DNA of 64,000 nucleotides from assembly GCA_010015585.1 (NCBI GenBank), contig ML975158.1; one strand, 5' to 3'. How positions within the stretch are numbered: the first letter of the stretch is position 1; every line of letters begins with the position of its first letter. The translations under genes were made by a program, and so were the position numbers. Under the pieces are notes generated by a model, which was not told the DNA's origin, ran no database searches, and worked only from the letters and a program-made list of their open reading frames with translations. Positions 1-12,612 of this stretch are shown in pieces. The DNA comes from Eremomyces bilateralis CBS 781.70 (lineage: Eukaryota).

Positions 1-373
1 CTATTCTCTAGGGAGGCTTCCTCGTCACTGCCATCATTAAGAAGATGATAATCAACTCTCTCGGAGCGAAGACGGCGCTTCCCAAGAGACATGGATAAGT
101 CATCCATATTAAGAAAGAAGTTGCAACATATTGATATGCTTTGTATCTCTTAGAGCTCAAATCCTCTAGTTGGAGCATGTTGGGTAAACAAAAGTCGCGA
201 CTGCTGGGCATTCATTCATTGGCTCGGCTTTTGCCGAATAAGTCTTGGCATTATTTACGAATATTCGCGAATAATACGAATAAAACGTCTCGAAATTTAG
301 TCGAATACGAATAATCGTTCCCAGGGAAAAGTCGAATACGAATAGCCAAAATCCTTATTCGTGTCCAGCCCTA
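1..373. mobile_element. Probable terminus (TIR plus subterminal repeats) of a hAT-like DNA transposon extending left of the window
   Basis: Ends ...TTATTCGTGTCCAGCCCTA at 373 (reverse complement TAGGGCTGGACACGAATAA, a hAT-like TAGGG start). There is a dense cluster of CGAATA/TATTCG motifs at ~233-362. The other end is not visible. Confidence 0.55.
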
Positions 374-809
374 CAACTGGCCTCAAGAGACAAATGAATA
401 GGACGAGAAGAGCATAAAAGAGTTATACTATATCAGCCACCGGGGGGATCATCAGTTCATCACACTTTACTAGCACCGAACCCCGTGACGCGTGCATTTA
501 CGGTATCCCACCCCGGTTGGTCTCTCCGTCAGGTTTGTTTTCATGCTAGCTTGCGCCATTTTCGACCACAGCCTCACGCCGAGAACTAATGTAGGATCCG
601 GATATCGGAAACTAACTTTGGAGGGGAGAGATTTGGAAAATGCCTCACAGTCGAGGTGATGGCGACGTCGCCAGGTCGAGAGGGATTCTTCCACTCCTTT
701 TGACTTACTCCAACTATTCATATACTATCAAATTATTGCCATAGTGGTTGTTGTACCGCGCTTCCGCCGATTCAATTCACTTGTTGCACGATTAGTTATA
801 TTCGAGAGG

Positions 810-3386
810 ATGGGCTGGAAAGATTGGACGCCGCCGATTAATTTCGTGACATTACATTGTACCGTGACCATATCAACGTCTGGTCACATCTCGCTAATTG
901 CGTCCGTCGTGAAGATGCGTATATCATTAGCTTCGGTTTTCTAGGCTTGATCATCCTCTATCCCCATGGCAATCTTGATGCTGTCGATGCATATTTCTTT
1001 GGCGTCAGCTCCTCGACAGAGTCAGGTTTGAATACGTACGTTGAGTCGTTGACCCCTAGTTCCGTCCCATGCTCTCGCCAACTGACTGACTGATCGGCCA
1101 GTGTTGATATCAAGGACCTCCCAACATATCAACAGCTCTTCACCTACTTCGTTCCGATGGTTACAAACTTGGGCTTTATCAACATCATTGTAGTTGCTGT
1201 CCGTCTTTACTGGTTTGAGAAGCATATCAAACGCGCTGGTCAGTTCGATAGACTGAACCCTTGGTCCCTGGAAGGGCGAAATTGAATCCCCTTCTAGTAC
1301 TAGTTGGGTTGGTAGGGTGGAGGGGTATTCAATTTCGTTCCCGGAGGCCGCCTGCTTCTTGTGCTGATGACAGCGTAGCTCCATCCTTGCTCCAGGGGAA
1401 ATCTTATCGGAGTAGACAGACTGCGGGCAACGAGGACACTCTTGCTCCGCCTGACGTGCAACAAACCCAGAATATTGCCAAAGACGGCATTACGACCGGC
1501 ACAGATGCACATGCCAGTACTCCTTCGCCTCCACCGCAAGAGAAAGTCGCGGGAAGTGAGAATAGGTACGTCGTCATCCGCAACCACCTGGACTGGTACT
1601 GATACTAGTGCAGTGTAGTGGTAGGTGAGAAGCATGCCACAACCGTGGATGCGACGAAGAATCAGTCCACTGGCCGACATATCATTTTCGATCCTGCAAC
1701 CAATCTGCCCCGGGATGAACAAAAGAGTCTCTATATCCCTCCGCCAAGGGACCGGGACAATGGTCACCCCATCGTGCAGCTTGACGAAGATGTGATGAGC
1801 GATGAAGATCCGGATCTGATCAAACCCGACCACTCCGCATCCGAGCAAAGCGGAACGCTCCGCCGACGACTCCAAGACGGCCCGATCATGGCAACCGCGG
1901 TTTCCATGGAACGGGCCGCTGGTGTGGCGTCATCCATGTTCGTCCTCGGTGCAGCTCCAAGTCATCGCGAGAGAAAACGACGTCCATCAGAGCGCTCGAC
2001 CCCTTCGATGAACGATATGCCGTATCTTTCGTCCCAAGCCACTCTGGGACGGAACTCGCAGTTCCACAATCTAACCGTGCAGGACCGAGAGGCGCTTGGA
2101 GGGATCGAATATCGGAGCTTGAAGCTGCTGCTGAAGATTGTTCTGGGTAAGCGAACCCTTTCTTTAGATGGAACATGGCGCGACACTGACACTTCCATCA
2201 GCATACTTCTTCTGTCTCCACCTGTTCGGAGCCATTTGCCTAGTGGGTTGGGTTCAGAATGCGAGTCGAAAGTATCTGGATTGGTTGCAAGAATGCGGAC
2301 AAAACAAAAATTGGTGGTAGGCTTACCCTGGTTTCGGCATGCACTGTTCGCACTGATGGAATATGCAGGGCATTCTATTCCGCGCAAACAATGGTTGACA
2401 ACCTCGGATTCGCACTCACTCCGGACTCGATGGTGACGTTCCAGGATGCAACCTTTCCGCTTCTGGTCATGACGTTCCTAGCCTTCGCTGGAAATACCTG
2501 TTATCCAGTCCTGCTCCGCCTTCTCATTTGGACGATGTCGAAGATCGCCCCGAAGGATTCCTCTCTTCGAGATCCGCTGAACTTTCTCCTCAATCACCCA
2601 CGCCGCTGCTACACTCTCCTGTTCCCTAGCCGACCGACCTGGATCCTCTTCGGTGTTCTCTTTTCTCTCAACTTCGTGGATGTCCTTCTCATTATCGTCC
2701 TCGACCTCGGCAATCCGGCCGTCAACAACCTTGCTCTTGGGCCGCGGATTCTTGCGGCTCTCTTCCAATCGGCTTCATCGCGTCATACAGGTACAGCGAC
2801 TTTCAACCTGGGAGCAGTGAACCCAGCGGTACAGTTCAGTCTGTTGGTGATGATGTACATCTCCATCTTCCCCATCGCGATCAGCATCCGAGCATCGAAC
2901 ACGTACGAGGAAAAGTCGCTCGGGATCTATCCGCGCCGGATGGACGGAGACGAATCCCGGCCGGGCTCCTATGTTCTGACCCACCTGCAGAACCAGCTCA
3001 CCTTCGACCTATGGTATATTTTTATCGGCGTGTTCTGCATCTGCATCGCGGAGAGCAAGAAGATCATGGACGCGAACAACCCGGCATTCGCCGTCTTCCC
3101 CATCTTCTTCGAAGTCGTGTCCGCCTATGGCAATGTTGGTCTCAGTCTCGGCCACCCGGATGTCCTCACCTCTTTGTGTGGGCAGTTCACGCCGTTCGGC
3201 AAAGTCGTCGTCTGTCTCATGATGATTCGTGGCCGTCATCGTGGTCTACCATATCAGCTCGACCGCGCCATCATGCTTCCGAACGAGCGGACCATAACGG
3301 ACAAGCCTCCTGAATCGCTTTTTCAGGATGAGAAGCCGAAGGAAGTACGAGGCTTGGCGAAGCTCAAACACTCTTTGACTCAATGA
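810..3386 (+). CDS. Trk/Ktr/HKT-family cation (K+) transporter, multi-exon
   Basis: The spliced product has DAYFFGVSSSTESGLNT, LGGIEYRSLKLLLKIV, LFQSASSRHTG, FEVVSAYGNVGLSLG and MMIRGRHRGLP, all Trk motifs. GT-AG introns include 1239-1378 and 1566-1613. Confidence 0.93.
1263..1349 (+). repeat. Long imperfect inverted repeat (hairpin) inside Trk intron 3
   Basis: 5' arm GGTCCCTGGAAGGGCGAAATTGAATCCCCTTC (1263-1294) matches the reverse complement of the 3' arm GGAGGGGTATTCAATTTCGTTCCCGGAGGCC (1319-1349). Confidence 0.85.
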
Positions 3387-3796
3387 GATTTATTGGGTCT
3401 CATTGAGACCCGCTCTCGCTCATTTGGAACGGTTTTGTAGCCGGCCATGAGATCTAAAGTTTTGCATCATCACGGTTCAGTCGCTTGTTTTGTCGGTATG
3501 GATAGCCGCGTCAACTATCATTGGGTTTCTTGACTGCCTGATAATCTGGCGCCTTTAGCCACACAGAGTCCTAAGTTCTTGCCACCCATTCACCAATTAC
3601 TCGTTAGATACGATAAATAGAGCTCGTTCTGAAATTTTGATGGTTATTTAATAGTCACATGTGTAATACGAGGCCGAGCTTATCAGCGATCCTGAAGGTT
3701 CCCAAATGTTCGCCATAGCAAGTTGCCGCACCATTTATTCACACTCAACCCCAGACCCTTCTACGAAATAGAGATAGTTATAATAAAATAAAATAA

Positions 3797-6700
3797 CTAA
3801 TTAACAAATTTTTGACTACAATGCGAGTCGTTCTTAATATTGAAGCTGCACATCCATACCTTTCCGGACCCTGCGCCGATGCCAACAGTCTTTCCTGACA
3901 GGGATGAACATGACGGACGATATTCTGAGGGTAGCAACAAAACGTTCTCAGAATTATATGTGATCCACGCTCCTTCTGAACTTAAACCCCCGACCTCATA
4001 TTGGGGATGTTGAGAGTCGGTTACTATCATGCTTAGGGCGGAAGCGGACGACGCGCTAATAGCGAGAGTACCGATTTCAGTTTGAAGAGAAGAACTAGTG
4101 GCATCGAACGATATGTTATGGGTTGTCATCCTAACCTCGAGTGTCTGGAGGCAGGCGCCGATAGTAGTATCCCAGATCTTGACTGTCCTGTCGTCCGACG
4201 CTGACGCGAGCCGGGCCGAGTCGGGCGAGAAGGCTACCAAGTTGACGTGACTGCTATGACCCTCGAGCGTCTGGAGGCAGGCCCCGCTACTGGTATCCCA
4301 GATCTTGACTGTACGGTCGTACGACGCCGACGCGAGCCGGGCCGAGTCGTGCGAGAAGGCTACCGAGAAGACGTAGCCGCTGTGGCCCTCGAGCGTCTGG
4401 AGACATGCATTCCATTCTGCTGGCATCGATGGTTGTATAGTGATCCATTCCAGCTCTTCATGTCTAAAAAGACCCCTTATCAGGCTGCAGACTGGACTAA
4501 ACAGGAGCGCAGATGCATATGCCTGAAGAGGACTATTCTCTATCGCTAGGTTGTAAGACATGATAAATCGACGCGCATCTTTAACGAGGTTGAGCAATCC
4601 CGATACGTCTGCTCTTGCCTATTTATGTCAGCATATGGTATTCACGACCGCTGGGCTATGGATTACTTGGGATAGAGCCTCGAGTTTTGCCATTGATACT
4701 ACCCCTTCCGATATACTTCTGCAGAGGCTTAGAGCCTCGAGCCAGTAAAGGTAGCTCTGACGCAGAAACTGGTCGACGGATCCACCATCTTGGAGATCGT
4801 CTGTGGCACACGTGCTAGGATCACAGTGAAGAAGGTGATTAACCCAATAGGCACACGAGTATCGTGCTTGGGATAGCGGATCTGGACTGGGTTGTTTGAC
4901 TTGGTCAATAGGAAATCCGGGAGCACTTAGGCCGAAGATATCGCGTCGTAGTGTCTTCGACATGACCTGTAGCGATCGCGAGAAGATGGTGTGATGTATA
5001 TATTCTATCCCAGACGGAAAGATCTCGTTGTATGTCTTTTCGACCAAAAAGTCACTCGCTGACTGATGAACGAAGGAAATGGTGCGTTCTCGGAGCGTTA
5101 GAAAAGAGCCACAAAGCCCTATGATCTCTGATAGAGCTTCGAATGCGCCGGAGGGTATGTCCACGAGAGACTCCAGCTCGCACAGCGTGAGAGGTCGGTA
5201 CACGGCCGAAACCACAGCCAATATACGTTTACAGAGTTCAGCATCCTCCGAATCCTCGATCTGCTCCATCATTCGGCTGTAGAGGGCATCGAGTCCCGGT
5301 GGAAACGCTATCAACTTCTGCTGAGCCTTCCATCCCGAGGTTTTGGAGAGTTCCTGGCAGACCAAGGCCACCCAAAGAAAAGTGCCGTGTGCATTTTGCA
5401 ACAAGTAGCGCTGGACAATGCCCCGTGTATTGCTGCTGTATCTGTTTCGCTCCGCTAGCCGATCCACCTTAAACTGGATGTATGACGTGACGGCAGCGGA
5501 GACGGAGCTCTCATTAAGCTCAAGAGACAGTCTCACCTTCTGAGTCGCTGCATCGAGATCCTGTTCGATATTCGGCCAGTTTCGGCTAGAGATGATCCAT
5601 TTAACACGAGAAGATACAGAAGACATCCGCACGATGAAGTCCAACAATTTTGGCAAGCCTTCTATGCATTCGTCTAGTGCATCGAAAATTAAAAAAGGTG
5701 TTGTCCAAATTTTGGTCTTGAAGAATGTTAATAAAGATTTCGGACAAAGCAACCCAAGCATTAGAGTCTTCAAAGAGCGTTTTACCAGCTTCATCGTACT
5801 TCCTTCGTACATGCAAGATGAGGTATGGTTGTTGGTCGACAAGCAGATAGATCAGACCCCGCATCACGGCCGTGGCGTTGTTGATGCTGGAGTCAGTCGC
5901 CTGGCAGAAGAAGTAGGATAGAAGATCCGAGTCGGCTATAGACTTCTTAAGCTCGTTGATAATACCGCAGAGCAGCATCGTCTTGCCCTTTCCGGGATCG
6001 CCCTTGATCCATAGCAGCCAATTTTGCTGGCTGTAACGCCATTGTTGGAAGTCACGGTTTTCAAGAATCCAGCGGTATGAACCCTCAAGCAAGCCACCCT
6101 TAGACTCTTCGATACGCTTTTTGTCATCGCGGGGATCGGTAAGGCGGAGATCTCGTGTACATTTCTCCAGCTTGTTAATCTCATCCTCGAGGCGTTTGAA
6201 AGCACTCGTCATCCCCTCGCCGTACCGAGGGGGGATGTAGACGCCGAAAATGCCTAGTAATGAGTAGGCTTTGTCTTCATCAAGTTTGGTCTGGCGAGAA
6301 TTTATCCGCGACATTCGCTCATTGACGCTGAACTGAGATAAAGGGTCTCCACGAAGCGATGACTTTGAAACGCCCGTTATCTCGTGGATCTGTTGCTGTA
6401 GCGAGCTTTTGTCTCCAAGTCGCTTGCGTTCTCGGGAGAAGAATTCGACCGAAGCTGGAGCAAGGAGCTCCTGAAGCGTCCAGCCCCGAGTGAACCATCT
6501 GCTTTCCCGGAAATGCAAGTCCCAAGTGTCCTTTGCGCTCCTATCTCTTTTCCTCTTCTTTGGCGGAACATCGGACAGGTACACGTAGCATCGAGTTGTT
6601 TTACGGGTACCAGCGGAACATGGACCCTATTGCGTGTGAGAGTTCGGCGTAGTTCTTCTTATTGATACAACATGTATCAATCCAAAAGTATTGCAAGCCA

Positions 6701-6909
6701 TCCTCTCTAGCCTGTTCTCCACAGAATCGAATCTTCTCATAGCCAGCCTTTTTCTCGCTAGTGCCATTCGTCATATCCTCAAAGGTAACTTCCTCGGTAT
6801 CCAGTCCCCATGTATGAGATAGTATGGCGTAAGAAGGAATTGGATCGTCGCCGACCAAGTCCTTGGTGAGACTAATATCACCAGTCTCGTTACATTGGAG
6901 AAGGCGCAT
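3797..6909 (-). pseudogene. HET-NACHT-WD40 (HNWD/het-e-like) fungal NLR, interrupted by two +1 frameshifts (pseudogene or sequencing error)
   Basis: Has a HET domain (YAILSHTW, YFWIDTCCI, WFTRGWTLQEL), NACHT Walker A GDPGKGKT, Walker B FDALDEC and LQTLEGH WD repeats. Extra bases occur at ~6605-6607 and 5691-5696. Intron at 4619-4666. Confidence 0.85.
4135..4402 (-). repeat. 126-bp high-identity tandem WD40 repeats (2 full units plus a partial)
   Basis: CCTCGAG(C/T)GTCTGGAG recurs at 4135, 4261 and 4387 (period 126). The unit encodes LQTLEGHS..V..VAFS.DSARLASAS.DRTVKIWD. Confidence 0.92.
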
Positions 6910-7538
6910 GGTTGGGTGTGGGGATCTACGCTAGCAAATGGTGGAATCGGGATCGGTAGGGCTCAGATGGGCAGGCATCGGCGAGGGTTCCGTCCCTAGC
7001 GATGGAGATACCAAATGCAGAGCTAAAGCGAGAACAAATATCGCATCATACAGTACCGAAAGATTCATCTCCCTAAAGGCTGGTGTGGGCGGCTCCCTGG
7101 GTGCCTGAAGTCCGGCTGTACAGCCTGACAGCCCAGATCTTGGCGTAGTGAGGCTGGACAGGACTGCTGCAGGTGCAGAGCCCAGCGATTCTTTCTTGCA
7201 CAGAGGGCAGGCCAGTTTAATGAAAAGTCAACGTACGCCGTACATATGATTACTTAAATTTTCTTTCACTACACAGGAAGTCCTTGAAAGTTTGAATGGC
7301 GCAGAATGGAATAATACGTTAATACTATAGTTTTACCCCTAGGAGGGAGGGATTTGGTGACCAGGTCGTGTAGAAACGCGGCCAAAAACGGAATCACCAA
7401 CCACACTCTCGACATCAACCTCATAAGTATGAGGTTCCTAAATTTCCACCTGTATTAAATATCATTCTCATCCTTCATGTATACCACTGTCCTCCGCTGT
7501 AGCACATAGCACCCCAACCTCTCCCAATTGCTCGCTCC

Positions 7539-9297
7539 ATGGCATACCTTCCCACCCCCCACCTCCTCCACCTCCAATCCCACGGCTTCATCCGCGGCCA
7601 CCTCCTCACCTCCCCCACCACCCACCGCCCTCTCTGCACCTACTACGGCGGCGTTCCCTACGCCTTGCCTCCCACTGGCGAGTTCCGCTGGCAGGTCCCG
7701 CGCGCGCTGCCGCCGTGCTATGCGTATGGGACGCGGAATGCGCCGGGGGAGTTTACGGAGGGGTGCGGGGTGTGTCCGCAGGTCGGGGGGGAGGGGGAGC
7801 AGGAGCAGGAGGAGGACTGTTTGGGGTGTAATGTGTGGGTGCCAGTGGGGGAGGCGCCGGTGGGTGGTGAGTGATTGCCTACCTACTGCCTACCGATAAC
7901 GGGGGCATTGGAGATAATAGGGGCTAATGCGTTATTGAAGGATGGCCGGTATTGTTCTATATCCGTATGCGAAATTCTTAAGATGTGTTGCTAGAAGGAA
8001 GCTGAATCAAGTAGATGGAGGCTTTCTCCAATTCGGCGACCCCAATTCAGGAGACGTCGTGCCGCTGATATCGGAGACGGAGGTCAAATGTATCATTGTT
8101 AAGCCCGGCTACCGGCTGAATGTCTTCGGGTTTCTGTCTCTCGAGCATGCGCGTCCGGAAGGGTCGAATAGCATCGCCAGCAATTTCGGGCTGTGGGATC
8201 AGCGGATGGCGCTCATGTGGACGTATAAGAATATCAGTTACTTCGGCGGGGATCCGGCGAACATCACGCTGGCGGGATACTCGGCGGGTAGGACATCTCC
8301 GAAAGACGGGATTTTATAAGTTTTCTAACTAGCATCAGGCGCATACTCCGCGTTCCACCAGCTCGCGTACGACCTCTGGCAACCGCAGCAACTTATCCGC
8401 CGCTGCATCATGTGGTCCAACGGCCCCGGCATCCAGCCCAGACCCCCTTCCGAAGGCCATACGCAATTCAACGAGCTGCTGACCGCCCTCCAGATCCCCA
8501 CCACCCTCGACATAGAAACCCAGATCCAGAAACTGCGCGCCGCCTCGCCATCCGCCTTGCTCACCGCCACCCGCGCCATTCAACGCCACCAGTTCCGCCC
8601 CGTCACCGACGGCCGCTTCGTTCGCCGCGAGCTGTTCGCTGACATCGACCGCGGTGAGTTCGCGGCGCGCATGCAACGCCGCAACATCGCCCTGATGATT
8701 GGTGAGTGCGAGCACGAGCGCCACGTCTACGGGACGTACATCCCCCCGGCGAACTCGTACATTGGGCTCCGCGACCGGCTGGAGGTCGACTTCCCCGGGG
8801 TCGCGGACCGGCTGATGGGGTACTATTTCCCCGCGAAGCGGCTCCCCGCGCAGTGGGGGGATTGGCGGGAGGCGTTCGGGGCGGTGTACGCGGACGTGCA
8901 GGTGTATTGTCTGCAGCGGGGGTTGGTGGCGCGGATTGCGCGGACGGCGCCGGGGTTGGTGTGGCGGTATCGGGTGGAGTGGCGGGCGGGGTGCGTGGAG
9001 TTGCCGGTGGAGTGGGGGGCAACGCATACGACGGATTTGGCGATTTGGTTTTGGGGGGAGGGGCGGTTGACGGGGAGGGAGAAGAGGGTGGTGGAGGAGG
9101 GGTTTGTGAGGGGGTTGGCGGCGTTCGTGACGGGGAAGGAGGGGGGGTGGGGAACGCGGACGGAGAGGGAGGTGAGGCGGCTGCGGGCGGATGGGAGGGT
9201 GGAGATTTGGTTGGACGAGGAGTGGGATCGCGGAGTGGAGCTTTGGGAACTGCTGAGGAGCGGCGACGTGGGAACGACGGCGAGAGCAAATCTATGA
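7539..9297 (+). CDS. Type-B carboxylesterase (alpha/beta hydrolase), multi-exon
   Basis: YGGVPYALPP, EDCL, YRLNVFGFL, NFGLWDQ, FGGDPANITLAGYSAG nucleophile elbow and ATHTTD. Three GT-AG introns. Confidence 0.92.
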
Positions 9298-9585
9298 TTA
9301 GGGTTTGGGTGCTGCCACTGCGAGGAACGTTGCTGGCGAATGCACTATCGAGAGTGCTTGATAATGGAGTGCTGGGTTGACATTAGCTTCGAGCTTCGTC
9401 ACCGACTGAACACGTCCAAAGGGACTTGCTGCTCTCCTGCAGTTGCTCCCAGGCCGCACGTAATGCAAACGCTCCTCGCGGATGGGTATATCGTGATCTC
9501 CACATCTATGCGTCCGAAAGCTCATGAATCCCCCTCCCATCCCAGCCAGGAACTCCATGTAATCGATTCTTCCCATGAGCGCCAC

Positions 9586-10587
9586 TCACTCCTTATGCGC
9601 ACCACTCGCCACCGAGCCCAGCGATGCTCTCGCCTTCTTCTTCCCCCCTCGTTCCGAATCGCCCGCGTCGCGTTTCCGCTTCGACGACTTCCCGCCCTTC
9701 GGCCGATATGGCTCGTCCTCGATGCTCTTCCGCGACCGCTTGGCCGGTGCCTTCTCCTCCAGGACGAACCCGATCTCGTCATCCAGCAGTTCGGGCTTGT
9801 AGGTCGAGGGAAGCGCGTGCGTGAGGCTTCCCCGCTTTCTGCCGATGCCGCGCGTCGATTTCTCGGAGCCGTTTTCGTGCGGTTCTTTGGGGTCTTTGGG
9901 TTCTTTGGAGGGCTTGTCTTGGAGGAATACTTCGGGTTGGTTGCGTCGCAGCCAGTTGATGACGGACATGGGGTTGCGGAGGGCGAGGTCTTTGTCGGTG
10001 AAAGACTTCTTGACGGGGCGACTGGGAGGGGCGTCGGGAGTGGGCGCGTCGGTGGACGGGTCGATTTGGTCGAGGGATGCGAGGAATTCCTCTTCGTGAT
10101 CGATGTCGAGGATGGCGGACGCGTACTCTCCGGGGGATTCCATGCGCGTCCGGATCTCCGATCGACTCAACCCGAATGTCGTGGGATCGGAATCGATGAG
10201 GTTGAGATTGAAGGCTTGTTCGGGGGGGATGAGGTCGCTTTGGTTGACTTCCAGGAGGATCTCTCGGAGTTGGCTTGGACGAGGTCAGCTGTCGATTATC
10301 GATGATATCGCGTCGCATTAGGGGACTCACTCATTCTGTTCTTGCAGACGCTTCGCTAGGCTCAAGGCCTTTTGTTCATCGGTATAGAGCTTGTTGCTGT
10401 CCTCCATCGCGTTCTCGAATCGGATCTTCAGCTTGCGGTATTTCTTCCTATAGAACCGCATTGATATCAGTTATGCAAAGCGACACCGGAGAGATAGATC
10501 CTACCTCCATGATCGTAGTGGTGTCTTCTCCTTGGCTGCGGAATCCAGAGGATGAGCCATCGCGTCGGGGAGATGGAAGGAGGCCAT
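9586..10587 (-). CDS. IEC3: INO80 complex subunit Iec3-like protein
   Basis: Spliced N-terminus ...RSWRKKYRKLKIRFE...LQEQNDQL and motif LALRNPMSVINWLRRNQPEVFLQD. The start could be 10587 or 10560. Confidence 0.8.
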
Positions 10588-11295
10588 CGGAATTAGGAGG
10601 AATCAGGAGGGGGATGAGAGAGGAGAGGAGAACGAAGGAGAGGGGGATGTATATAAGTATCGGTTGATCGGATCAAGATGAAAAGGCGAAGTATTGGATT
10701 AATTGTCTTATTATCGGACTGCTGTATTCACTGCTCTCCATTCATCTGCCGCTCGGACCCATGGCGCGTGTTCGTCATGCAAGCAACAAGTGAGAGACTC
10801 ATGTGAGAGAGAGATTCATAGAGAGGATCCAGAACCGATTTTCCGTTTCCGTCAATCCAATACCTAGACCATCTATCGGCTCTTTCTTCCCTCTACCACT
10901 CAACTTCCTTCACTTGACTTCCGTTCTCATCTTCTATTCCTTAATTAATTTCTTCCATCACCCTCGCTCCTGCTCATCGCCCTTATTCTCTTCCCCGAGT
11001 GACAGCTATTTTTCGAGGTGCGCGTGGTTCTCTCCCTCCACCTCTTACTCCCTAGGTAATTAGGCGTATTACTATCTTATACACTTACGTGTCTTTGCCC
11101 GTTTCGTTCCGTGCCACAGGTGGAGACATGCAACACTAACGGTCTCCAAAGATAAATCCCCTTCTGCCTACCGGAGTTCCTCTCACTGTCGCCTTCTGTT
11201 AGAAGTACCTGGGGAAGTTCACGATCGCGTGCCGTTCCTCCTCCGAATGCGCCTCTAAGATACCGACCGTCCATTCCACCCCGAACAGGCTCGCC

Positions 11296-11948
11296 ATGCC
11301 TAACACGCTCACCGTGAGCAAGAATGGCAGGCGGAGGAGATCCAGCAGTCTCATGTACACCGAGCCTCCGGAGTCGCTGGAGCAGCTCAGCGACCAAGCT
11401 TCCCTCCCCAACCTAAATGCGGAATGGGTCAACGCGAAAGGTCAGTCATGCCGGTGATAGCAAAGTCCTCGTTGCTGATCTGAAATGTCAGGCGCATGGA
11501 TCATCCACCTCGTCCTCATCTGTTCCCTCAAGATCTTCTTCGACATCATCCCCGGAGTCAGTCAAGAAACCTCATGGACCCTCACCAACATCTCCTACAT
11601 GTTCGGCTCGTACATCATGTTCCACTGGGTCCGAGGCGTCCCGTTCGACTTCAATGCAGGAGCATACGACAACCTCAACATGTGGGAGCAGATCGACGAC
11701 GGTGACCAATATACGCCGGCGAAGAAGTTCCTGCTGAGCGTCCCGGTCATCCTCTTCCTGATCAGTACCCATTACACGCATTATGATTTCACATATTTCA
11801 TGATCAACTTCCTTGCGACGCTTGCGGTTGTCCTACCTAAATTACCATGGGTACGTTCGATTCTTCCTAAGGAACGATGGATGCTAATATCACACAGAGC
11901 CATCGGCTACGATTTGGATTGTTCTCGGGTCCTCCTGAAGATAGGTAA
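11296..11948 (+). CDS. ORM1: ORMDL-family sphingolipid regulator
   Basis: RRRRSSS, NLNAEWVNAKG|AWIIH, FHWVRGVPF, MWEQIDDGDQYTPAKKFL, STHYTHYD and PKLP. Two introns. Confidence 0.95.
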
Positions 11949-12612
11949 CGCAATGGAGAGGTGGACATGGAGTTTGGTGTGCTGGCTCATATTGCATTGT
12001 TTGGCGTTTTAAAGATACAGTCCATGGGAACGGTCCAGCCGAAGTGATGGAGAGGGATAGGACGTGTCTGACCTCGAAACTCACCATCACACCCTTGACG
12101 CTCGGTGTACGGACACTGGGTGGGACGTGGACAGATTGGCAATGGTCTGGCTCCTCGCAACCTACATGGGGGGCACATTGGTTGTCCTTTGTTCTTCTTG
12201 GCTCTATTGTAACATGCGAATGGACAATAGTAGCTGAGGGCGAGCCAAATGGACTTGCGCTTTGATAACTGGACACCTGGGTTATTATTGGCGCTCCGAT
12301 GTGGCATTTACATGTAGCTTTCCACCCTAAACAGTGTGAACTCTTTCTTAATGCAATATATAATGTATGGCGGTGGCTATTCTCTGCGGAATATTGGCAG
12401 CAGCACCTCCTCAAACCTCCTTTACGAATATTCAGCCATGCACGTGACAATCCCGTTTCGGCCAATCAGATCTCGCCATTCCTCACCTCCAAACTTTCGA
12501 TATCCAGAGTCGCGAGAGAGGGAATCCTGATATACTGCCCATCAGCCCATTCGACTTCAAGCCCTTCTTTCCAAGCCTATTAAGAAGTTCACGTCATAGC
12601 GATCAATTCAAG

